Shown piece after piece: positions 12,213 to 24,200 of a DNA stretch of 64,000 nt. Source of the stretch: Glaucostegus cemiculus (lineage: Eukaryota); NCBI GenBank assembly GCA_976551045.1, contig CDPCPM010000281.1, positions 2,976,001 through 3,040,000 on the forward strand, read 5' to 3'. Position 1 is the stretch's first letter; the number at the start of each line of letters is the position of its first letter. The position numbers were made by a program, and so were the translations under genes. Below the pieces are notes generated by a model. It was not told the origin of the DNA and made no database searches. It saw only the letters and a program-made list of their open reading frames with translations.

Positions 12213-15200
12213 CTGTTGGAAAAAAATGAAAATGATATTTGTTTCTGATTTTATTTTGGGCAATTTAATTCTGGTTCTTCATAGTCTTAAAATGATATTG
12301 GCCTAGTGGTGGAGTATTTGTACAGTAGAATTATTATTTCTCTGTCAATTGAAGGCTCAAAAAATACATAATACTGTAGCCTTTACAGATTCAGTCCAGC
12401 AGCCAGTACCTTCCGAAATAAAGCTCTGATTCTCCAACAAACCTGCTCTCACATATTTGTAATAGAGGGACTTAGGCATAGATGCAGTTTTTGATGGTTT
12501 GTTATAGCTCAAATAGCTCAATTCAAATTGATTGTTGTCCCTTTTAATATATTAGAGTCTGATGTCTTACAAAAAAAATGTAGGTATCTATCTGGTTTGT
12601 CTCATATTGACAACACTTGTTTTAAATTCCAGTTAAGTTTGCAGAAAATGGTCTTTATTATTAACCCTTAAGTTAGCAATGCCACTGATTAATAAAAAAA
12701 ATACATTGAGAACTTTATTAACTTAATAAATTCCTGATGCCAGCAGGGGGTAGTGGGGGGACACATTTCAGAGTGAATGACAGATCATTGCAGAGAGGCT
12801 TAAATTAGCAAATTTGTTGCTAGCAGTTGATCACAAAGCAACAGAGACAAACACTGGGAGAAGGAAATGCAGACAACACCCAAATTACAACTGTTCAGGT
12901 AACAGAAATTTGCACTCACAAATCACTCCCCAAAAATTTGAAATACGCAATAAAATTTACTCTCACTGAATTTACGTGGGAAAAAAATGAACAATTTTTT
13001 TAAAACTCTTGTTTCTTGACACAGATGTGATCTTGTGTAACAGAAAAATCATGATACAAACTGTTTTCTAGTAATGCAACCACCCCCATCCCTTTGCACG
13101 TAACATGGGTGTTGCCTGTAAATCACTGAGTGGGAAGATCTAATGAGGAGGAAGCTGAATAACTGGGTTGTTAAATTGATATTGATAAATCACAGAATCA
13201 CTTTTAAAGCAAACTTGAACAAGATGGAAGCAGTAATTGCATCAATTAGACAAGTGATTAAAACAAAGGTTAACAAATTAAGATGAGATATATTTTATTA
13301 GTCACATGTACATTGAAACACAAAGCGAAATGCATCTTTTTGTTCTGGGGCAGCCCACAAGTATCGCCGCACTTCTGGCGCCAGCATAGCATGCCTCCAA
13401 CTTCCTAACCCATACGTCTTTGGAATGTGGGAGGAAACCAAAGCACCTAGAGGAAACCCACGCAGACATGGGGAGAATGTACAAGCTCCTTACAGACAGT
13501 GGCCGGAATTGAATCCAGGTTGCTGGTGCTGTAATAAGTTACGCTAACTGCTACAAAATTAAAACTAGTAATTGCAAGATCAACTTTGTTTCAATAGCAG
13601 GATATTCCTAGACCTGGTCAGGAATTGCATCAGTAAGAGTGACGACCAAACATTACCTTATAGGTAAGCTCTTAGGGAAGGAGGAAAAAAATACGCTAAT
13701 TGTTGGGAGCAGGGAGAAATGGAGAAAAATTATTGGGGGGAGCATGGGGTGAGAAAGATGAAGTGAAAGAGGGAATGCAAGGTGAGAAAGGAAGAGAAAA
13801 AAACAAAGGAAAAATAGAATAAATCCTATAGAAAATAATTTATCCCTTACCAATGCAGCCACTGCTGAGCTTGCCTCAATACCTAATGAGTATACTTCTT
13901 TGGGTATTTTTAATGGATCCTGGTGTTAATACCAAGTAGCAAAATTTCTAGGTTCAACTTGCCTTATTTTTCTGCCTTTGCTTGCTCTGGTGTCCACTTT
14001 TCTTTTAATCTTACTTCGTAGTTTCTGAATAGCGAGCCATTGTCTATATAAATAAGCAAAATATATTTAATATGGGAGTAAAAGCAAAGGAAAGAAAAAC
14101 CTACAAAATTATAAAGAACATTCTAGCTTAGCTTTAGGCATAGCTTAGATTTTCACTTTACGCAGTTCCTACATGATGAAATATTGCAATTATCCATCCA
14201 GCATTCAAATCATCTACAAATATACACACTAGAATAAAAATAGACTGAGCACTGATGCCTTGTGCACACCACTTTCAAGTTTTACCAGTCCAAAGATCAT
14301 GTCTCAGTCAATGCCAAATAATGTCCAGTTTAAGGATGAATTCAGATGTGTTAAAGCAAAGTTTTATGCACATTGAGAATGAGAGAAATAAACAGCTGTT
14401 TGAAAGGAGACCTAAATAACCATGTAACAATACTGAAAAGTAGATGACAAACAAGATAATTTTTTTTTAGTGTTTTCTAAAGTTAGAAAACAATAATTCT
14501 CCCAGCTTTCTCCACTTCTTTCGGGAAGGTACTGACTTTTGCTGATGTAGTTTGATTTTATCTGTGAAACCAAAGAGCCATTCATATTCATCATATCTCG
14601 ACAGAAAATAGTGATAGATTATTTTACGTAGAGAACAGGAGGAAGATATCATAGCATATATAGCTAAACCCTGCTCTTACTGAAAGCCACACTTTCCAGA
14701 AGGGTAACAGGATAGCAATTAGAAACAGAAACCCCATCTAATATTTTGCTTTCCCATGTGCTGTTGCTATCTGTGGAACACAAACTCCATGGACCGTTTG
14801 TGGTCTAAATTTGGAAGTCAGAGATTCTGGCTTTGCAAGAACAGAGCTCTGTTTCTTCTGATGACATAACTTATAAATATGCTTTTGTTTCTTTTAGCCA
14901 CCTACCTACACAAAAGGAATAATTTATGACCAATTAACCTACCAGATTCAACAACCAGAGGAAGTGGGCTCTGTAACCTGAAGAATCTTTTTTTAAATTT
15001 AAAACACCATCACTCAACCAAGGTGTTAACTTTTAATTGTATAACCAAAAAGTATCAATATACACTTATTTTAAAGATGCCAGTTTCTAATTTTTAAATG
15101 GCTGATAAGGTGCAGTTAACTCTGCAGAACCATCTTGTACTAACCCAGTTGGTACTACTGCCTTAAATTGTGACCCCACACTCATTAATTGGAAGGTGAT

Positions 15201-18200
15201 ATTGAATTGCATTAAAATGTCTGATTGCTGTTACTTCAAAGTCTACTAGTTCAGGATGAGGATGATAATATGAGTGGAAAGAAAGGGTCTTGTTAGATAG
15301 TAATTAATTCTGTAAAGTTGTCTGTTGGAATTTTAATATTGATAATTCTCCTCCCACCATTATGAATTGAAGAATACATCTTCTTGAACATTAGGCTTTG
15401 AAAATGCTCTGCCAGTTTCTGAACAACTTATTCCAAACCACATAGTCAGGAAGGATGTGAGTGATATTTGGTTTGATATTATTATTTTCTACCAGTTCAA
15501 ATAGAGTATTCAGATGCAGAAATATCACTTCTTCTCCTTACATACATAAAACAATCACTATCACCAGATTTAAATTTCAGATTAATGCAATTATTTTAAT
15601 CAAGGTGTTTGGGTCTTTGGTCTGTTTTCTTCAATACTAACAGTGAACTTTTGTCTTCAGATGAAGAAGATTATATTTATGCTCAAGCTATCAAGTGCTC
15701 CTAATTAACTGGACTAAGTAAAATGCAACACAATTTATGAAATTTATTTACTGTCCATTTTGGAAAGGACAAACAATTTTAATTTTCATTTCCATATCAA
15801 TTGCCGAAATTGCATTGGCATTATTTAATTAAGTAATTTAATTAATTCTAAAATGGTTATTGTAGATTCTTTAATGAACAGCTGTAATAAAGCAAACTGA
15901 ACGGCAACTGTAAAGTAATAATTTAGGATTCATTAAAACATAGAAAATTTTAAACTTAACTTTGATATTTACAAAATTTTACATGAAGTATGTTTTGAGC
16001 ATTACCTATTCTCCACAGATGAATCTAGCTTTAATAATTAGTGCTAACTTTCGACACTTACCGGCCCATAGCAACCTGATCATTTGGGTCAACAGCACTA
16101 GTCTTTCGTTCAATTAGTTCTCTGAGGAGCTGCACAAAAATAGAATAAAAATACATGGTGATTAGAATTCAAATTACAAATTTTAGAAATTATCTCTTTA
16201 CCAGCCCCACTAGTTTTCTCCAAGCCTATTATAAGTTACAGTGGGGCAAGCAGATGGAGCAGTGGGTAAGTGAATAACATTGCCTTCTGGGATAGCATAA
16301 TTCCTTCATTCATGGCAAACTTCCAAAATGGAAGACAAACTAGGTTAAAAACTAAATTACAGCCACAAGCCAGAGCTCAATGATAGTTCAATAGGAAAAC
16401 TTTATCCAATGAAAGGCCATTTACCTCCCATCCAACAAACAGCTTAAACTCAAGTCCCAACAAGAATCTGAGCTGTACTGAATATGTTTTAAAGAAATGA
16501 ATTTTGTGGCATGGTGCACATGCACAATATCATCTCACTTATTCTGGGTTTGAATGCAACTCTTTGGCAAGACCCAATGTTTAAGTCACAAAATAGAAAG
16601 GCTCATAATTCAGTGCTAAATAGACAGTCTAAATGAGGGGATCATAAGGATAGATGATGGAAGAACCTTTCCTGAAGTTAGAGTTAAGCACACAGTAGCA
16701 GATTCAGGACTTTATTCTGAATTTGATCGTGCCATACCTAATTTGGAAGTGTTCAGTGCTAAATCATAACAGTTAAATAGACAGTGTTTGGCTTGCCAGC
16801 AATCAAACAAATGTGAAAACTTTTAAATTTATGCATGGCTTAAAAGTAACTTGTTATTTAAGCATGACCCATTATATACATCAGCTTTTGCTCTATAGAT
16901 TTCTGTTCTAAAAAAATGCATGCATTTAACGGAAATTGGTCATACAGCTTCATTATTAGAAGAATGGTCATCTGATCTATATTACTGGTTTAAACACAAT
17001 TTTTTGGGATAATATCAGTATTATTTAATTAATTTAATAAGCCACGGCACTCACTATATTACTGGAACACATCCCCTCCCTCCAAAGCTTATTCATGTGA
17101 CCTACTTCCAACATCTCTCTGGCAGACAATCTGTCAGTTTATCTATTGTTGTTCATCATAGTCACTCCTGGCAGCTAAATAAAAGATTACAAATCCACCA
17201 ATGCAAGGGCTTATGACACTGTAAACCCACATAACACTGCTGTTCAGTAAACTTGTGCCCTTAATCATTGCAGCAACTTCAGCGACAATCTCTGCCAAAT
17301 CCCACTCAAGAGAAGAAATTAACCAGGTCAGCGAAACAGGTGCAACAGTATGTCTGTCAACCACTCTCTTCCCACAATTACTTGTACACAATGAAGCAGT
17401 AATCTTTACAGATCATCTCTCTGAAGAAATGTATTGAAAACTGTAAAGGAAAATGAATGTGCTGCTGCCTTGCGGCTCAGCAGATGTCTGTGGGTGATGT
17501 ACAAGGCAGGGATGAGCTGTCGTAGAAATCTGTCAAGGTTTGGCTAAGTGATTAAAGCCTCACAGTCTAAGCACCATATTTAGAGTCTACAGGAGTCAAG
17601 ACTTGCACCCATTCCTTGCTGCGATGCCAGATGTTGGCTAACGCTTCAGTTTCTATTTACTCCACTTGGACAGAATGAGTTGGCACAGCAGCCACACAAT
17701 CTGGAACATTCTGCAGTTGCTGTGTTAACAAGTGTCAGGCATCATTCAACCAAAAGAACATCAGAATGTCTCTGAGTTACTGCCATTTTAGATGCACTGA
17801 ATCCTTTGGGGACTGATGATCAAGTTTTTGCACCAAAACACATTTGATTTATACTGCTGTGCTTCACTAACTCATTCACCTTTCTTAACTCTTTTAGAAG
17901 TATAGCTCCAGTTAAGAGTTAAAAAATAAAGAATACCCAAATATAACAATTATTTCAAATTACTAAATGAGTTATTGTAATAGAATGATGTTGGGTAATT
18001 TACTTCAAACATTCTCCAGTGAGATCTCCATGTTATTTTAAACAACTATATTAATGTACGTATAGTACATGATTTTATCTAGGAAAAGAGAACTTGACAG
18101 ACAACAAGGAACAGCATACCAAAACTCACCAAAATCTGGTAAAAATCAAGAACTAAATGTTTTGTGTGGTTTCTAATTATAAAGGTGTTGATTTAAATCT

Positions 18201-21200
18201 GCTGATGATTCAATTCATGACAGAATGAGCAGGTGATTTATATCTACTAGGGAGGTCAGTGTTCTGTTGTGTATCAGTCGGACCTATACGAATACTACAA
18301 CTGGTCTTAGTACCTTGTGTTAGAAAGGGGAAAACACAGTAAGTGTTTGCAACCCTGATCACTGTAAAACAGTCCTTGCTGGAAGCAAGTGTACATACAG
18401 AGAAATGGAAGTTGAAAGCTGCAGTAAATTAGACTGGCAATTCTCAGTGTCTGGACTCATATGGAGTGGCCAGTTGTACAAGATAACATGAGCAGGAATA
18501 AATGCCTCAATGGAGAAGGGGTGTGGAAAAAACAGGGAACAAAAATGCATCAACAAAGCGTAGCCATCTATTGCTGCTGTGAATCACTCAACGGAGCCAT
18601 GTCAAGGAACCTTTATTGGCATAACAGCATGTATATAAGGTAGGTCATAATTTCAATTCAAAAACACCGGAAACAAAAATAAAACTGCTTTTAAATAAGT
18701 TCACTGTACCAAAGCTAGAAAAATACTGCTTGTCAATCTAAAGAAACATTTTCCAAATGGGTTTTTAAGAAACATGAATAACAAACTCCCTTATTTCAAC
18801 AAGATTAAAATCTGAAGCACCAAAAAACATATTACCTGCATTTGCTTAAACATGTCATTTAATTAAAGCAAAATTATATCTGGGCTAAATTTAAGGCAGG
18901 TTGCATCTACTCCAAGCATTCCTCTAAAATTACACAGATGTTTTAGGTTCTAAAAAAAAGCCTCTTCAATACGAAACCTTTCCCGTGAAACAGTTGACTA
19001 AATAGCCAGGTGCACTTTTTTCAAAGTGTCCAAATTGCTTAATATTTTATACGGCAAATGATAAAGAATAAGACTAGAGTCAAATACTTAGAATGTGGTG
19101 CACTCTCTCCGTTGTGTTTTTTACGCATCTCACCCGCCTCCTGTAGTTAATTTACATCAGTTGCACAGGCAGCAGTGCTTTTAATATTTACACACACATA
19201 CAGATGGAAACACCGCAATTCAGTTGCTTCAGTTTACTGTTCTCTATGTAAAACAGGATTACCCACTGAATGGCCATTATAGATGAGGAAACAGAAATAG
19301 ATGAGTCTTTTAGTCATTTTATCTCACTTAAATGGAAATAAAATTGGTAGGATTCAGCACCCCTTTTCCATATTAGGTTCCTACCATACAAAGCATTGTT
19401 TTCCAGTAAATGGGAGTCTTTCAATAGCTTGATTATGAGAGTGACTGCACTAAATTATCCGCTGATGTAACAGTTGTACTTCATCCAGCTGGAATCCTGA
19501 GAAGGAGAAGCATACTAAAGGCACAAGATTATTTACCCAGTGATTTCCCTTTCTTGTTGTGAAGCAGGTATATCTCAATCCACCATCCATCTCCACCTGC
19601 CCCCCCCCCCCGCAGTTTTTATAATCTTTTGGGGTGGGGGAGGGAAGGAATGATATAAAATCTGGTGTTCATTATGTTAATAGCCCTCAGAGGTACAAAA
19701 CTTAAGAAGCATTTTTACCACGAAGAAATGATTGAAAATTCCTTACCCTTTAAAGGCTTAGGGATGAAAAGGCAGAGTAGATGCTGATTTTTTTTCCTTG
19801 GTGGAGTGTTCAGAATTAGAGGCTTTGGTGGCAGTACAAGGCTTCAGCCATTAGGGCTAAGCTGAGGAAAATATTCTTTATGCAAAAGGTTGTAGATCTG
19901 TACAATTCCCTCACTAGGAGTCTAAAGATGATCTGTCATTGAGTATGTTCACGACAGACTTCAAATGATTCTGGGGCAGCAAGGGTATCAGAACATATAG
20001 TGAGTGGTACGTGAAGCCCATTTATAAGATCAGCCATGGCCTTACTGAATAGCCAAGCCAAGTTAAAAGGGTCAAATCACCTACTTCTGCTTCTACTTCT
20101 TGTGATACATGTTCTTACATCTGCATTTCTGTGGCTCTTTTGTATACAGTTTTCAATGTCACCATAACACCAAGCCAAACAGCCAAATGTACAATTCAGC
20201 TCTTCCACTGTCTCTCAAAGTTTGAATCATCATTTCTTAGCCTTGAAGGAAGTATAACCTGTGAAAATTATACTTCCATGCACTTGCAGAAGCTAGATAA
20301 TATATCATCAGGGCATTTCCCAGCACTTTGCCCCATCTAGGTTAACATTTTGCAAATTATGAAACCAACTTGAGCACCGCCAATGCTAAAATCTTTCCAC
20401 AGTCTACTGATTAATCAGAATCACTTGTTACATTACTTTAAAAAACGTATTAAGTAATTTCATTATATAGCTGAGTTGGAAATAACTGCTGTAAAATTAT
20501 ATATTCTCAGAATTTAATTAGTGACGTAAGTCAACAAGTCATAAAATAACAAAAACTGTGAAGCAACTAGCACAAAAGACTTGTCAAACAGAGCAAGTTC
20601 TGATAATTTAGTTTGTTTTAATAAAGTTCTGACTGTACAAGTTACTACATCTCCTCCACCCATGGTGCATCATAAAAATTATTACTTTGAGTTGTTCGCA
20701 GTATGTTGATTTGGCCAAGCCACATTTAGTTCAGCCTTCTGTGTAAGTATAGGCATAAATCATATACGTATTGAGCACAAAGTACATTTCAAGATACTGC
20801 ATTGTCTCCCTAGCTAAACTACTCATACGACATCACAGTTTCACTTCACATGACTTTGGGACATCACATACCCTGCACATACAGAATAAAAAAAATATGC
20901 TTAGCCATGTGACACTTCTTGAACTTGATCATAGTTACTCACTGTGTTTGGCATTTTAATCCAGCTTTGAAAAAAAAGGGTTGATAACAATGTCTATTAT
21001 CCAGGTCACTACACTGTTCATCCAGAACAAGTGCCAGCTCTGTATCTTTTCTGAGATGATTTATTGCAAAATGACTCTAAATGCAAGACTTGCTGACTGA
21101 AATGTTTCTCTGATTTAGAAGAATCTGACTGCCATGACCCCTGTCTTTTCTATTGCTAGGTTGTTCATGTCAATTTAGATGCTTTATTGATATCCAAACA

Positions 21201-24200
21201 GTAGCTTGGGTTGGTGAATACTACGCTTTATTTAAGAACACTCACCTGATGGTAGAAGTCATCATCATCAAAAATCTCTTCATCTATGTCTTTCAGATGT
21301 GCATTTGACTTTCCTTGTGGCACAATCTCCTGCACAGAAAAATAACCTGTCTGTCCATTATAAAGGTCAGGAGGAAAGAATTCCAACTTTAATAAAACTT
21401 CTGTCAGATTTATTTCACTGTCCAAACACACAAAAGACATTTTGCATATTTTAACAAATCTCTATTTCATAGAATTGTACAGCACAGAAACAGGCCCCGT
21501 CTTCCAACCTTGTCTGTGCCGACCGTGATGCCCATCTACACTAATCCCATTTTCCTGCCTTGGGCCCATGTCCTTCTATGCCTTTCCTACAAATACCTTT
21601 CAAATGTTGTAATCTGTCCACATGCCCTTTAAACATTGTCACTGTTTCATCCCAATCCCTCAAAAGTTTTTGTACTCATTCTGTTCTACTTTCTCTCTAG
21701 CCTGATTCTAAGCAACAGACACTTCTCACCGGTGGCAAGGAAGTTTTGGCAGGCTATGTATCCCCACATGGAGCCACAGATTAGCCCATCCAATCTCATG
21801 TTCAAAGTTCCCCTTTCCAGAGCGATAAGCAAGACCAGTTATAGCATGGAACCCTGGCTCAGATCCTTTCACACACACAGACTGCGGATCCAGATTGAGC
21901 CCTTCAATAGTCTGATGGCTCACTGCCATATCACATAATGTTTTTATCTACTGAGTTTGCAGGCCACTGTGATTTGCTTTAAACCATCTTCCTTGTTAAC
22001 ACTAAGGGACGCTAGATGCACAGGAATGCACCAGCACTTTAAATGCTCGCCACCAGCTCGTTCACTTTAATAACTATTTATTCAATTACCTGCCATATTT
22101 AATTTAACCTGCCGTATTTAATTTAATTTAAACTTCCGTAGTTTTTAATGTTTTTTTGTTCAGTGTGTCTGTGTGTCTCTGCTGTTTGTTATTTAATGGG
22201 ACGAGCACCTGAGGAGGACGGTATCTCGCTCCTATGCATACTATGTATGTATATGGTTGTGACAATAAAACTGATTCTGAGGATTTGTTTGTTTAAAAAT
22301 ATTCCCCGTTTAAATCGTCAACAATAGCTTTTGTTTAATTTTCTGATTCAATTTTGATAGATTTCAAAACTAAAAGTGCAATTAACTTCACACCAGAAAG
22401 CAAGCACATATCTGACGAATGAAGTCCAGAATAAGTCAATTATTAAAACAGAGAAGCCATACCAGATCAAAAAAATTCAGAATGTTACAAAGAATTTAAG
22501 TTCAATGATGCAACAATTGTTTTAAAGATCCTATTTTAGAATCCTAAACATCCTCATGGTTCTGTCACAAGTCTGATGAAAGGTCATAGACCTGAAACAT
22601 TAACTCTGATTCTCAGCTCCACAGATGATGCCTGACCTGCTGAGAATTCCCAGAATTTTCTGCTTTTATTTCTGTAATACGTATGCCACTCAAAAAAAAT
22701 TGGGGATATTTTAAGTTTCTGAAGAAGGTGTTAATGCCTCCAAGATTATGTGATATGATTACTCCTTGATACCTCACTCAAGTGGGCATTCATCATACAG
22801 CCCCTAAACAGCAAGTGCTGGCAGGGTTTGTGACTGTGGGAGGTTGATGCAATACAGTCATGTCCAAACCTGCCCACATTATGACTTACACTTCCCAGCA
22901 GGTGTCAATGGATAACGATCAGCAGTAGGAATCCTAACTGGTTCTTTTTCTCCATAGCCTGGAGCAAGGAGACAAACCGCAATGCTCCTGCCTTAATGCC
23001 AGCTGAGATCAGTAAACTTAGCTCAGGCTGCGACTGAATCTGGGAACTACTTAATAAAAGCAAAACATTGCAAATTACGAACAAAAAAAGTAGCTGGAAA
23101 CACAACGCAAATCAATTGTGCTGTGAATAGGCAGTAGGTGGCATTTATCTTTAACCAGTTCATTGGTTTAGAAGGCAAGTATGAATTTGAAGCATTCACT
23201 ACCTGCTTTTTCCCACTGACGTCAGTCATCCTGGCCTATTTCTAGCTTCTACTGTTGTTTTAGTTTCTAGGAATGCTTAGCCACTAATGCCGTTACCTAA
23301 CCAGGAAAATTATTTTTTTAGTGAAATAAAAACAAAGCACTCCTGTCAGAACGTAGGTTCAGAGCTCTACTTCCATGTTGACATACCATCTCTCCAGGCA
23401 CAGACTCTGGAATTTGCTGAGAATCTTTTTCCACCTTTCCAAGAATACTATACAAGGATCGTTTGGTCTGTGTCCGTCGCAATAACCTCTCTTTATCCAT
23501 CATAATCTGCTCGATCTGAGTCACGATTGGACGCTCAAAAGCACTGAAACCCTGGAATGAGATACCAATGCAGTAAGAGTAACATTCTATTTAAAAACAT
23601 TTTAATAGTTTGAGAGCTTTCTCAAACTGCATTGTCTTTTAAAGAAAAGTCCATTAATGGAAGATATAGGGACATGCAAATAAGATACTTGTTTTCCAAT
23701 ACAAATGTTATATGGCCTTTCAATCCAGTAAAATAAATACTTAAATCACCCACAAAACTTCAGTCAAGCACAATACCATCAGTTACCACAATTCTTGCAG
23801 GAGTCAGAGAATAATTTCAGATAACCAGCAAAAGTGAAATTTGGTCTCTAGTTGATATTTTGTAGTCCAGGATCTTGATCCAGTGGAAATAGTTACCACG
23901 TATCTCTTGTACTCAGTTTCACCCCCGAGAGATCAAGAGTTAGGTTGTCAAGAATTGTCAGAACAAAACGTTTTGAAGGGAAAACACAGATTGTGCCTGT
24001 ATTAGGCAATAACCACAGTCAAATCAAAATTTTAAAAGTGTATCTGTTTGTGAATATTCTCAATTATCTAATAAGTTGTCCTCTCTTATTATAGATGGTT
24101 TAACTGTGTTTGATCAAACACAAATGCAGATAGACTTAACCCAGCATCATCCAATATTACCATTGCTACAACAAACAAAGGAAGATTGTTGCTGGCTTAA

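Noticed and set aside
13480-13553. tRNA-like B-box sequence
   Set aside because: It is the head of a tRNA-derived SINE and no cloverleaf could be built. I could not support any genuine tRNA, rRNA, snoRNA or miRNA gene in the window.
19599-19648. C13 run followed by a G-rich tract; other G runs at 27659, 29601 and 31799
   Set aside because: These are simple homopolymers with no supporting context, and their lengths may reflect sequencing error.
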